Of a stretch of DNA of 64,000 bases, positions 7,154 to 16,006 are shown one piece after another. Where the stretch lies: the NCBI GenBank assembly GCA_963640685.1, contig CAVIAA010000003.1, forward strand, positions 389 through 64,388, in the 5' to 3' direction. The stretch is from Acutalibacteraceae bacterium (GTDB lineage Bacteria > Bacillota > Clostridia > Christensenellales > CAG-138). Both the position numbers and the translations under genes were made by a program. Positions within the stretch are counted from its first letter, which is position 1, and each line of letters begins with the position of its first letter. The notes under the pieces were generated by a model. That model made no database searches and was not told where the DNA came from. It saw only the letters and a list, made by a program, of their open reading frames with translations.

Positions 7154-7777
7154 TTAGTTGTTCTTCATTACAACCATCTCCACGCAGTCGCCGACGTGCT
7201 CGCAGGCATCCGCGCAGTTCTCCATTCTGTCGTATATCTCGCGCCACGAGATTATATCCAGCGGGGCAGAAAAGCGGGTCGGCAGCAGCACCGTCGCCTC
7301 GATGTACATATCGTCGCACTCCTCCTCTACCCTGTTCACCTCAACGACCAGCTTATGCAGCTTTTCCGGCTTTTTGAAGTTTTCCAGCTCGCCAAGTGTA
7401 TCCCGCATCAGGCTGCAGCTCTCCACCAGCTTGTTTGCAAAGGCTATCGCCTCCGGCGTAACGCTGCTGAGCTGATACATATAGAAGCCCTGCAGAACCT
7501 CCTCGATGCCGTCCGTGACCTCGTCGATATTCTGACTTATTGTCGCAAGATCCTCCCGCTCGATGGGGGTCACGAACGCCCTTGCCAGCGCCTCCGTCAT
7601 CTCGTGCTTTTTTGTGTCTCCGGCATGCTCAAGCTCGTGCATTTTTTCCAGCATCTCCCGCAGCTTCTCCTGCTTGTAGCCGGTGAGGCAAAAGAGCAGG
7701 TGCTCCGCCGCCCTGCATGCGCACTCCGCCGCCGCAGTCAGGTTCTCAAAGTAAAATCGTTCCGCTTTGTTTGCCAT
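7154..7777 (-). CDS. DUF47-family protein (PhoU-like phosphate transport regulator, YkaA type)
   Basis: All-helical and acidic, about 207 aa, immediately downstream of a PiT transporter gene (a conserved pairing). Start chosen at ATG 7777 after the AGAGGA RBS rather than TTG 7795. Confidence 0.8.
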   Translation of the reverse strand: MANKAERFYFENLTAAAECACRAAEHLLFCLTGYKQEKLREMLEKMHELEHAGDTKKHEMTEALARAFVTPIEREDLATISQNIDEVTDGIEEVLQGFYMYQLSSVTPEAIAFANKLVESCSLMRDTLGELENFKKPEKLHKLVVEVNRVEEECDDMYIEATVLLPTRFSAPLDIISWREIYDRMENCADACEHVGDCVEMVVMKNN

Positions 7778-7798
7778 TCTTTTATCCTCTTTCAATAA

Positions 7799-8857
7799 TC
7801 ATTTACAGAACATCCAAAGAAATATCTTTGTCATGAGATATCCTATCAGCCCGCAGCCGGGAAATGTCAGTATCCATGTCAGCGCCATATCCTTGACCAC
7901 AGAGAGATTGACGGCGGAGAGCCGCTTTACCGCGCCAACGCCCATTATAGCGGTGGTCTTTGCGTGCGTGGTGGATACCGGTATGCCGAATATCGAGCTG
8001 AAGAGCAGCGTTGCCGAGGCGGCTATATCCGCCGAAAAGCCCTGATACTTCTCCAGCTTTACCATATCCATGCCGACGGACTTTATTATCTTTCGCCCGC
8101 CTATGGATGTGCCAATGCCCATCACGGCGGAGCAGAGCAGCATCAGCCACACCGGCAGCTCAAAGGTCGTGACCTCGGTTTGCCCGTTTGCAAGAAACAC
8201 GCTCAGCAGTATTACGCCCATGAACTTCTGCCCATCCTGCGCGCCGTGCATGAAGCTCATGCAGGCAGCGCCGAGTATCTGCGCCCCCTTGAAGAACGGC
8301 TCGGACTTTTGCCGCCTTACGTTATAGAAAAGCAGCGTGACCCCCTTGCATATAAGCCAGCCGAGGCCAAAGCCCATTATTGACGACACCGCAAGACCGT
8401 ATACGACCTTGAGCCACTCCTCGCCGTTTACGCCGGCAAGGCTGCCGTGCAGCGCAATGGCGCCGCCCGTAAGACCGGCGATAAGCGCGTGGCTCTCGCT
8501 CGTCGGTATGCCAAAGTACCACGCAAGCGTCGCCCATAGTACTATTGCAAAAAGCGCTGCGCTCAGGGCAACTATGGCCTCCTGCGCATTGCTGCCGAAG
8601 CTGACCATCTTGGTTATGGTCTCGGTAACGGTAGAATTTATCAGTGTCATTACGAACACGCCGAGAAAATTAAACACCGCCGCCATGAGTATCGCCGCCC
8701 TGTCCGTCATGCACCGGGTTACGACGCAGGTGGCTATGGCGTTTGGAGCGTCTGTCCAGCCGTTTACGAGTATTACCCCCAGCGTAAGCATTACGGCGAT
8801 AAACAGCAGCGGGTCCGCCGTCATCTGCCCCCAGAAGTATTGAAACGAAAAATCCAT
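7799..8857 (-). CDS. pit: Inorganic phosphate transporter, PiT family
   Basis: N-terminal GWTDAPNAIAT and C-terminal GIPVSTTHA PHO4-repeat signatures. 352 aa, polytopic. Confidence 0.9.
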   Translation of the reverse strand: MDFSFQYFWGQMTADPLLFIAVMLTLGVILVNGWTDAPNAIATCVVTRCMTDRAAILMAAVFNFLGVFVMTLINSTVTETITKMVSFGSNAQEAIVALSAALFAIVLWATLAWYFGIPTSESHALIAGLTGGAIALHGSLAGVNGEEWLKVVYGLAVSSIMGFGLGWLICKGVTLLFYNVRRQKSEPFFKGAQILGAACMSFMHGAQDGQKFMGVILLSVFLANGQTEVTTFELPVWLMLLCSAVMGIGTSIGGRKIIKSVGMDMVKLEKYQGFSADIAASATLLFSSIFGIPVSTTHAKTTAIMGVGAVKRLSAVNLSVVKDMALTWILTFPGCGLIGYLMTKIFLWMFCK

Positions 8858-8895
8858 TCCCTGTGATATCTCCTGTATTATTCGAGCTATGCCCC

Positions 8896-8913
8896 ATGGT
8901 ATCAGAATACCAT
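8896..8913. promoter_or_regulatory. Perfect inverted repeat ATGGTAT-CAGA-ATACCAT (candidate operator or 5' RNA hairpin)
   Basis: 7-bp arms with a 4-bp spacer in the pit/tetR divergent intergenic region. An extra ATACCAT half-site lies at 8919-8925. Confidence 0.35.
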
Positions 8914-8970
8914 CTTATATACCATTCTTGGGTAAAATCTATGTAAAATCTTCGCTTGCTTAACACGGCA

Positions 8971-8999
8971 TTGACGCCCCCGCCTCCCGCGTGTAAAAT
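8971..8999 (+). promoter_or_regulatory. Promoter TTGACG, 17 nt spacer, TAAAAT for the TetR gene
   Basis: -35 at 8971-8976 and -10 at 8994-8999 with an exact 17-nt spacer. Confidence 0.5.
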
Positions 9000-9036
9000 A
9001 TAGGCATATATATAAATCAGTAAGGAGTCCCCCGAA

Positions 9037-9594
9037 ATGCCCTCTTTCACCAAAGCAGCCATAAAAGAAGCCTTTATTCGGCTGCTGGATAAGTACCCGC
9101 TGAAGCAGATTACCGTAAAGGACATAGTTGAGGAATGCGGCATCAACCGCAACTCCTTTTATTACCACTTTGCGGATATTCCATCGCTAATAGAAGAAAT
9201 AGTTGTAGAAAATGCCGACAGGATAATCGAAGAATACGCCGGCGTCGATTCGCTGGATCAGTGCCTTAACGCAGCGGCGCGCTTTGCCCTTGCAAACAAA
9301 AAGGCGGTGCTGCACATATACAAATCCGCGAACCGCGAGCTCGTTGAGCTTCAGCTCATGAAAATATGCGACCAGGTCGTAGCATCCTACATAAGCGCCG
9401 TTTCCGGCAAGCCGAATATCGACGCTCAGGATATGGAGATACTTCAGCGCTTTTACAAGTGCGAGCTGTTCGGTCAAACCATCGACTGGCTAAACAACGA
9501 CATGAGCTACGATATACAGTCGCAGTTCTCACGGCTCTGCGAAATACGCGATGGTGTGCCCGAGGCGCTGATTGGGCGCTGTGCAGCCAAATAG
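9037..9594 (+). CDS. TetR/AcrR-family transcriptional regulator
   Basis: N-terminal TetR HTH (ITVKDIVEECGINRNSFYYHFADIPSLI), 185 aa, RBS AAGGAG. Confidence 0.9.
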   Translation: MPSFTKAAIKEAFIRLLDKYPLKQITVKDIVEECGINRNSFYYHFADIPSLIEEIVVENADRIIEEYAGVDSLDQCLNAAARFALANKKAVLHIYKSANRELVELQLMKICDQVVASYISAVSGKPNIDAQDMEILQRFYKCELFGQTIDWLNNDMSYDIQSQFSRLCEIRDGVPEALIGRCAAK

Positions 9595-9761
9595 ACCTGA
9601 TTGAACCCACGGGAGCGGCCGATACCGCTCCCGTTTATTTTTGGCCAAAACCCCTTTTTTGCCCAAATTTCAGTCAGCCCCGCCCGTCTAACTATTCTCC
9701 GGCAACATCAATTTTGTTAAGCTATTCAGGTAAAAAATTCGGAAGGGATATATCCTTAGGT

Positions 9762-11858
9762 GTGAAATTCGCAAAAGCAACGGTCAAGCACCGTGTTCAG
9801 ATACTCATACTTGCGGCGCTGCTGATGCTGCCCGCGCTTTTCTGTATGCTGAAGACCCGCATAAACTACGATATGCTGGCCTACCTGCCGGATAGCATGG
9901 ACACGGTAAAGGGGCAGGACGAGCTCATGGAGGACTTCGGCAAGGGGGCCTTTTCCTTTATCGTGGTCGAGGGCATGCCGTCGAGCGAGGTAGCCAAGAT
10001 GACAAGCCGCATAGAGCAGGTCGAGCACGTTGAAACGGTGCTGTGGTATAACTCAGTTGCGGATATCTCCATACCTATCGAGCTGCTGCCGGATAAGATA
10101 TACGACGCCTTTAACTCCGGCGATGCAACTATGGTCGCCGTGTTCTTTGACAGCGCGACCTCTGCGGATGTCACGATGGATGCTATTCGCGAGATACGCA
10201 AAACAGTGGGCGAGCAGTGCTTCGTCGCGGGTATGTCCGCCCTCGTTACAGACCTTAAGGATCTTTGCGAGACTGAGGAGCCGATATACGTCGGCCTCGC
10301 GGTGTTCTTTGCCTGCGCCGCAATGGTGATATTTCTGGATGGCTGGCTGGTGCCGTTCGTATTTCTTGCGAGCATCGGCATCGCGATAATGCTCAACCTC
10401 GGCAGCAACCTTCCCTTCGGCGAGATATCATACATAACAAAGGCGCTCTCCGCCGTTTTGCAGCTTGCGGTGACCATGGACTACTCGATATTCCTCTGGC
10501 ACTGCTACAACGAAAAGCTGCTGACCATACCCGACAACAAGGAGGCAATGACCGCCGCGATAAGCGATACGCTGGTATCCGTAGTCGGCAGCTCAACCAC
10601 CACCGTTGCGGGCTTTGCGGCGCTCTGCTTTATGACCTTTACCCTCGGACGCGACCTCGGCCTCGTTATGGCAAAGGGCGTGCTCATAGGCGTCGTTTGC
10701 TGCGTAACGGTGCTTCCGGCGCTCATTCTGCTGCTGGATAAGCCGCTGCAAAAGACCCGCCATAAGTCGATAATACCCGACATGACGAACTTTTCAAACA
10801 AGGTCTGCGCAAGGTTCCCCGTTTTTCTGCTGATATTCCTGCTGCTGGTTCCACCGGCATACTACGGCTACAAAAAGACCAACGGCGAAGTATATTACGA
10901 CATGGGTCAGTGCCTGCCGCGTGATATACCCTACGTCATAGCCAACGAAAAGCTCTCCGAAACCTTCAACGTCGCCTCAACGCATATGCTGCTGGTGGAT
11001 TCCTCGGTAGCACCCAGCAGCGTAAGGAGCATGATAAGGGAGATGGAGCAGGTTCCCGGCGTAAATTATGTGCTTGGGCTTGAAAGCGTTTTAGGGCCGG
11101 ATATACCCGAGGAGCTGCTGCCGAGCGAGCTTGTAGAAACGCTCAAGAGCGACCGCTGGGAGCTGCTGCTGATAAACTCCGAATACAAGGTCGCGAGCGA
11201 CGATGTTAACGACCAGATCGACAGCCTGAACGAGATACTTAAGCGGTACGATCCGAACGGCATGCTCATAGGCGAAGCGCCCTGCATGAAGGACATGATA
11301 GAGACCACCGACCACGACTTCCAAGTCGTAAACGCGGTGTCCATCGCGGCGATATTTATAATAATCGCGGTGGTGGAAAAGAGCATATCGCTGCCGTTCA
11401 TACTGATATCCGTAATAGAGCTGGCGATATTCATTAACCTCGGCCTGCCGCATTACTTAGGCCAGTCGCTGCCGTTTATAGCGCCTATATGCATAAGCAC
11501 GATACAGCTCGGCGCAACGGTCGACTACGCGATACTGATGACCACCCGTTACAAGGCGGAGCGCAAGACCAGGAGCAGCAGAGAGGCCGCGGCGACATCG
11601 CTTGCCGTTTCAATGCCCTCCATAATCGTAAGCGGCCTCGGGCTCTTCGCCGCGACCTTCGGCGTAGCCGTCTATTCGGATATAGACATAATAAGCTCGA
11701 TGTGCATGCTGATGGCACGCGGCGCAATAGTCAGTATGTTCTGCGTAATATTCATACTGCCCGCGCTGCTGATACTCTGCGATAAGCTCATAGGCGTTAC
11801 CACGCTGGATATGCGCAAAAGCAACAGAAAGAGAAACACGGCGGAAAACGCCGCTTGA
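9762..11858 (+). CDS. MMPL/RND-superfamily membrane transporter
   Basis: Two blocks of TM helices separated by soluble loops. The family-typical N-terminus is VKFAKATVKHRVQILILAALLMLPALFCMLKTRINYDMLAYLP. GTG start at 9762. The ORF portion upstream of it overlaps tetR and contains no Met. Confidence 0.85.
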   Translation: MKFAKATVKHRVQILILAALLMLPALFCMLKTRINYDMLAYLPDSMDTVKGQDELMEDFGKGAFSFIVVEGMPSSEVAKMTSRIEQVEHVETVLWYNSVADISIPIELLPDKIYDAFNSGDATMVAVFFDSATSADVTMDAIREIRKTVGEQCFVAGMSALVTDLKDLCETEEPIYVGLAVFFACAAMVIFLDGWLVPFVFLASIGIAIMLNLGSNLPFGEISYITKALSAVLQLAVTMDYSIFLWHCYNEKLLTIPDNKEAMTAAISDTLVSVVGSSTTTVAGFAALCFMTFTLGRDLGLVMAKGVLIGVVCCVTVLPALILLLDKPLQKTRHKSIIPDMTNFSNKVCARFPVFLLIFLLLVPPAYYGYKKTNGEVYYDMGQCLPRDIPYVIANEKLSETFNVASTHMLLVDSSVAPSSVRSMIREMEQVPGVNYVLGLESVLGPDIPEELLPSELVETLKSDRWELLLINSEYKVASDDVNDQIDSLNEILKRYDPNGMLIGEAPCMKDMIETTDHDFQVVNAVSIAAIFIIIAVVEKSISLPFILISVIELAIFINLGLPHYLGQSLPFIAPICISTIQLGATVDYAILMTTRYKAERKTRSSREAAATSLAVSMPSIIVSGLGLFAATFGVAVYSDIDIISSMCMLMARGAIVSMFCVIFILPALLILCDKLIGVTTLDMRKSNRKRNTAENAA

Positions 11859-11876
11859 TAAGGAGACGGAACCGAT

Positions 11877-13799
11877 ATGAACGACAAGATGATAAAAAGG
11901 ATAGCGGCGGGCGCGCTCTGCTGCCTGCTCGTTTGCGGCTCGGCGGGCGTATACGCCTCAAAGAAGGCCGAAAGCAAGGATGAATCGCTGTTTTCCGCGG
12001 TTGAAGCCACCCCTGCGCCGGAAAAGAAATCTGCGGTGACGGTCTCCGGCGGCAGCAGCAGCTCGAGCAACGTATACGTCATAACCGGCGCTGACGGCAG
12101 CGTTACAAAGGCCATAGTTACCGACAGCGTAAAGAACCGCCTTAAAACCGGCAGCAGCCGCGTATACGACGTGGACGGCAACGAAGTAAACGGCGTTGAG
12201 GAGGTTTGCGGCGTTCTGCCTGTTAAGCTCAGCTTCAGCTATACGCTAAACGGCGTATCCGTGACCCCCGAAGAGCTTGAAGGCAAGAGCGGCAGCGTGA
12301 CAATACGCATAGACTACCAGAACACCCGCGCGCAGCAGCGCAGCATAGACGGCAAGCAGCGGACGCTGTATGCTCCCTACCTCGCTTTTACCGCAATGCT
12401 GCTGGATGGCGACATATTCTCCAACGTATCAGTTACCAACGGCAGGATAATCGGCGACGGCAGCAGGATGGTCGTTGCGGGTCTGGCTTTCCCCGGGCTT
12501 ACCGAGAGCCTCTCTATCGACAACGACAAGCTGGATATACCCGAGTATATCGAGATCAGCGCAACGGTAAAGGGCTTTGAACTGGACGGCACATATACCA
12601 TAGTTACCGACGAGCTGTTCAGAAAGGCGGCGGAAAAGGAGGAGGAAAGCGACCTCGATACCGACGAGCTTTCGGATTCCATGGATGATCTGAGCGAGGC
12701 TATGGATAAGCTGATGGACGGCTCATACGATCTTTACGACGGTCTGCGCACGCTGCTGGATAAATCCTACGAGCTGGTGGACGGCGTAAACGAGCTTTTA
12801 GACGGCGCATATCAGCTTTGCTCCGGCGCGTCTGAGCTGGATTCCGGCGCGGCGCAGCTTTACAGCGGCGCCAATGAGCTCAACAGCGGCCTAAACAAGC
12901 TGACTGACAACAACTCTGAGCTGAACGCCGGCGCAAAGAAGGTATTCAACACCCTGCTTTCGGCGGCAACGTCGCAGCTGCGCGAAGCCGGCGTGACCGA
13001 AGCGCAGGCTCCCGACCTGACCATTGAAAACTACGCAACGGTTCTGGATGCCCTTTCAAAAAACATGGCCGGCACAGTCGAGGCGACCGTAAAGGCACAG
13101 GTGACCGCCACTGTTAAGGCAAAGGTTACGAATGAAGTACGTACTAAGGTTCTGGCATCTTTTGATCCTGCAATGAGCGAAGATGATTATTCTGCGCTTT
13201 CTGAAGACGACCCAAAAAAGGCTGCCATAGATGCCGCGATAGAATCAAACGTTGCTACGACGATGGCATCTGAAGCAATACAGGCGCAAATAACCGCGGC
13301 CACGGCTGCAGCAATGCAGGGAGAGGAGGCGACTAAAGCGCTGCAGGAAGCCGCAGGCAAGATAACGGCGCTTAAAACTCAGCTTGACGAATACAACAAG
13401 TTCTATACCGGCCTCGCGACCTATACCGCGGGCGTTTCCTCTGCACAGGCCGGCGCTGCAAAGCTGACGAGCGGCGCAGCAGAGCTAAAGGCCGGCACGG
13501 CAAAGCTGTATTCCGGCACGATAGAGCTGTACGACGGCGTAAGGACGATGCAGAGCTCAATGCCGGAGCTTATAGACGGCGTTCAGGAGCTTACCGATGG
13601 CTCAAAGGAGCTGCACGACGGCATAGTCAAGCTCAACGACGAGGGTATTCAGAAGATTATCGACGCATTCGACGGAGACCTTACCGACCTTGCGGACAGG
13701 CTCAAGGCACTGCGCGACATGGCGGAGGACGAGCTGATATTCTCCGGAATGGACGAGCAGCCCCGCTTCATATACAAGAGCGCGGGCATCGGCGATTGA
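11877..13799 (+). CDS. Secreted/lipoprotein-like protein with X-X-X-Leu-X-X-Gly heptad repeats (YhgE/Pip-N-like soluble domain)
   Basis: Signal peptide (AAGALCCLLVCGSAGVYA). Repeated LxDGxxxL blocks (LMDGSYDLYDGLRTLLDKSYELVDGVNELLDGAYQLCSGASELDSGAAQLYSGANELNSGLNKL, and again near the C-terminus). Tightly linked to the MMPL gene. Confidence 0.7.
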   Translation: MNDKMIKRIAAGALCCLLVCGSAGVYASKKAESKDESLFSAVEATPAPEKKSAVTVSGGSSSSSNVYVITGADGSVTKAIVTDSVKNRLKTGSSRVYDVDGNEVNGVEEVCGVLPVKLSFSYTLNGVSVTPEELEGKSGSVTIRIDYQNTRAQQRSIDGKQRTLYAPYLAFTAMLLDGDIFSNVSVTNGRIIGDGSRMVVAGLAFPGLTESLSIDNDKLDIPEYIEISATVKGFELDGTYTIVTDELFRKAAEKEEESDLDTDELSDSMDDLSEAMDKLMDGSYDLYDGLRTLLDKSYELVDGVNELLDGAYQLCSGASELDSGAAQLYSGANELNSGLNKLTDNNSELNAGAKKVFNTLLSAATSQLREAGVTEAQAPDLTIENYATVLDALSKNMAGTVEATVKAQVTATVKAKVTNEVRTKVLASFDPAMSEDDYSALSEDDPKKAAIDAAIESNVATTMASEAIQAQITAATAAAMQGEEATKALQEAAGKITALKTQLDEYNKFYTGLATYTAGVSSAQAGAAKLTSGAAELKAGTAKLYSGTIELYDGVRTMQSSMPELIDGVQELTDGSKELHDGIVKLNDEGIQKIIDAFDGDLTDLADRLKALRDMAEDELIFSGMDEQPRFIYKSAGIGD

Positions 13800-13813
13800 C
13801 CCATATAAAGCTA

Positions 13814-13842
13814 AAGCAGCGGCAAAACCGCTGCTTTTTTTG
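13814..13842 (+). terminator. Intrinsic terminator
   Basis: AGCAGCGG CAAAA CCGCTGCT followed by TTTTTTG. Confidence 0.7.
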
Positions 13843-13848
13843 CGTTTG

Positions 13849-15096
13849 TCAGTCCTCCTTCTCCCTGTCCTGCTTCAGCACTGAGCCGGAAACGGCGTCT
13901 ATTTCGTATTCGTATTCAAAGCCGCCGCTCTTGAAGTCGATTTCGTACACCATTCGCCCGTTCTCCCGCTCCAGCCTGCATTTATAGCCGCTGATGCTGT
14001 CGGAGCCGACCTTGGCGTTCTCCAGTGCTATGGACCTTGCCGCGTCCTCGCCTATGTACTCTCCGTTATCGGGCGCGCTTTGCTTTTCCTGCTTTTTCTG
14101 CTGCTTCTGCTCTGCCTTGTTCTTTTCCTCGCTCCTGCTTTTTATTATTTCGCCGGTCTTTGCGTCTATTTCGTATTCCATCTCGCTCCCGTTGCAGCAA
14201 AACTCCAGCTCGTATACCATTTTGCCGTTTTCGTAGTCCATTTCAAACTCGTATTCGGATATTTCGCTCTCCTCAACGCCGGCGTGTTTTAAGGCTGCCT
14301 GCTTTGCCCTTGCCTCGCCTATGTAGGCGCTGTCGCTCGCGCTCCCCTCAGATGCAACGTTCTCTATGCTCCTGCCGCCGGATTTGCCTATAAGGTTGAG
14401 CTCGTTTACGCTGAGCCCCGCAAGCTCCTCAAAGGTATGCACCGCGCTACCCTCGGTTATCTGCCGAATGAGCTGCGCCTTGCCCTCGGTTATGCCGTAT
14501 TGCTCCGCAAGCCGCTTTGTTTCCGGGTCGCCGCTTATGGTTTGGCTGAGCACCGCCCCCTTAAAGCTGCCCGCATCCAGCATATCCTTTACCTCGGCGC
14601 TTAGCCTCGCCTGAAGCTCCGCCCCCTTTTGCGGGTCGTCATCGTCAACGCTTATGAGTATGGAGTTTGCCATTTCGGATATGTATCCTTCCCGCAGCAT
14701 TGAGCCTATTATGGCGTTCACCGCAACGTCAAGGTCGCTGCCCTTGAGCTTCATGTCGCCTATGACCTTTGCGGCGTCCTCGTTTCTCGCTTCAACGGAT
14801 ACCACCCGCTCGCCCCTGCTTACGCCAAGCTCGATGCTGGGGTTAACATCCAGCGAAACGACCGACCTTACACCGTAATTGGCCGTATATACCGCGCCCC
14901 CCGCTATTACCATTACCAGCGCCGCGGCCGCCGCCAGCGCCCTTTTCAGCGCTCCGTTCCTCTTCCTAGGCGTGCTTTCCATTATTATCACCTTCTCCTT
15001 TCCTTCCCTGCATCTTTTCATTATATGCTCGAGGTCGTTCGGGGCGGCGTTTTCAAATGCGCGCCGAATGCGTTCTTCCGTCTGCCTGCTGCTCAT
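13849..15096 (-). CDS. Membrane-anchored anti-sigma factor with two C-terminal PepSY domains
   Basis: Cytoplasmic N-terminus, a single TM (ALAAAAALVMVIAGGAVY) and two PepSY-like repeats (..ARAKQAALKHAGV..ISEYEFEMDYENGKMVYELEF.. and ..AARSIALENAKV..ISGYKCRLERENGRMVYEIDF..). Located directly downstream of an ECF sigma gene. Confidence 0.75.
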   Translation of the reverse strand: MSSRQTEERIRRAFENAAPNDLEHIMKRCREGKEKVIIMESTPRKRNGALKRALAAAAALVMVIAGGAVYTANYGVRSVVSLDVNPSIELGVSRGERVVSVEARNEDAAKVIGDMKLKGSDLDVAVNAIIGSMLREGYISEMANSILISVDDDDPQKGAELQARLSAEVKDMLDAGSFKGAVLSQTISGDPETKRLAEQYGITEGKAQLIRQITEGSAVHTFEELAGLSVNELNLIGKSGGRSIENVASEGSASDSAYIGEARAKQAALKHAGVEESEISEYEFEMDYENGKMVYELEFCCNGSEMEYEIDAKTGEIIKSRSEEKNKAEQKQQKKQEKQSAPDNGEYIGEDAARSIALENAKVGSDSISGYKCRLERENGRMVYEIDFKSGGFEYEYEIDAVSGSVLKQDREKED

Positions 15097-15099
15097 TTT

Positions 15100-15672
15100 C
15101 TAAATGCCTCCCTGTGTGCTTAGTTTTGCCTTCAGTTTTTTCATAGCCCTGCTGTACTTTGAGAGCACCGTTGCAAGGGGCAGCCCCAAGAGCTCCGCCG
15201 TTTCGCGGTGCTTCATCCCGCCAACGGCGTGCAGCACAACTATCTGCCGCTCGCCGTCCTCCAGCGCCCTCATGCACTGCTCCAGCACTATCCTGTCATC
15301 ATAACAGGGCGCCGCAGCCCCAAGCCGGTTTTCCCATTCCTCCTCGGGTATGCTTGCCCGCCTTTTCCCCTCGCGCAGCCTTTCCATGCAGAGGTTGCGG
15401 GCGATCGTCATCAGCCATGCCATAGGCTTGCCCTGCGGCCTGTAACCCGCCGCGCCGTAAAACGCCCTAACGAAGCAATCCTGCGCCGCGTCCTCCGCCT
15501 CCTGCGGGTTTTTAAGCAGCGAAAGCGAATAGGCATACACGGCAGGGTTGGCGATTCGGTAAAGCGGCTCCATGGCATCCGCCCTTCCCTCTGCCAGCTC
15601 AAGTATGCAGCTCTCCAGCTCTTTTGCCCCGCCCGGGCCGGCTCCGGCCGCGGCCGTAGTTTCTCTCAGCAT
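15100..15672 (-). CDS. ECF-type sigma-70 family RNA polymerase sigma factor
   Basis: 190 aa. Region 2 (AEDAAQDCFVRAF...) and region 4 HTH (MKHRETAELLGLPLATVLSKYSRAMKKLK). Confidence 0.9.
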   Translation of the reverse strand: MLRETTAAAGAGPGGAKELESCILELAEGRADAMEPLYRIANPAVYAYSLSLLKNPQEAEDAAQDCFVRAFYGAAGYRPQGKPMAWLMTIARNLCMERLREGKRRASIPEEEWENRLGAAAPCYDDRIVLEQCMRALEDGERQIVVLHAVGGMKHRETAELLGLPLATVLSKYSRAMKKLKAKLSTQGGI

Positions 15673-16006
15673 GTCACTCCGCTCCCTTCGTACATAAAAT
15701 AAACGGGGATGACCCCCGTTTTATTGCATCAGATTAATATATAATTGTTGTGCTCCCGCTGTCAATATGGCGGGCTGCAGGAAACGGTTCTCCGCTCTCC
15801 ACTATCCAGTTGTTTATGGACACAGACCACACCAACTATCGCGCCGAAGCCGATGCAGAAAAAGTCCGCCGCAGATACCGCCTTCTTAATAGAAACCCCT
15901 TGCAATACAATTACTGGTGTACTTTTAGGATCGGTACCAGTATATAAGTATATACAAGAATAAAGCAGAGAGATATCTTCGTTTTATTTTCCTGTAGGCA
16001 TTGAAT

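Noticed and set aside
7139-7798. Long ORFs antisense to well-supported genes. Examples: 7139..7798(+), 17889..18758(+), 21850..22950(+), 26439..27239(+), 28653..29723(-), 36219..37247(-), 46194..47318(+), 57875..58663(-), and the many 60-200-aa ORFs inside other genes.
   Set aside because: Each lies fully inside, and opposite or out of frame to, a gene with clear family motifs. Their products are low-complexity or Arg/His/Cys-rich, as is typical of shadow ORFs in GC-rich DNA. None has an RBS.
9366-9761. The 5' extension of the MMPL ORF (830-aa version) overlapping tetR.
   Set aside because: The extension overlaps the TetR gene out of frame and encodes Arg-rich nonsense. There is no Met between the tetR stop and the family-typical N-terminus that begins at GTG 9762.
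15762-15935. A minus-strand peptide, ..LQGVSIKKAVSAADFFCIGFGAIVGVV.., resembling the N-terminus of an APC-family amino-acid permease. It could be a gene remnant between the MBL gene and the ECF sigma gene.
   Set aside because: Only about 25 residues resemble the family. There is no start codon or RBS, and the frame ends after about 47 codons. It is too short to call even a pseudogene without a database search.
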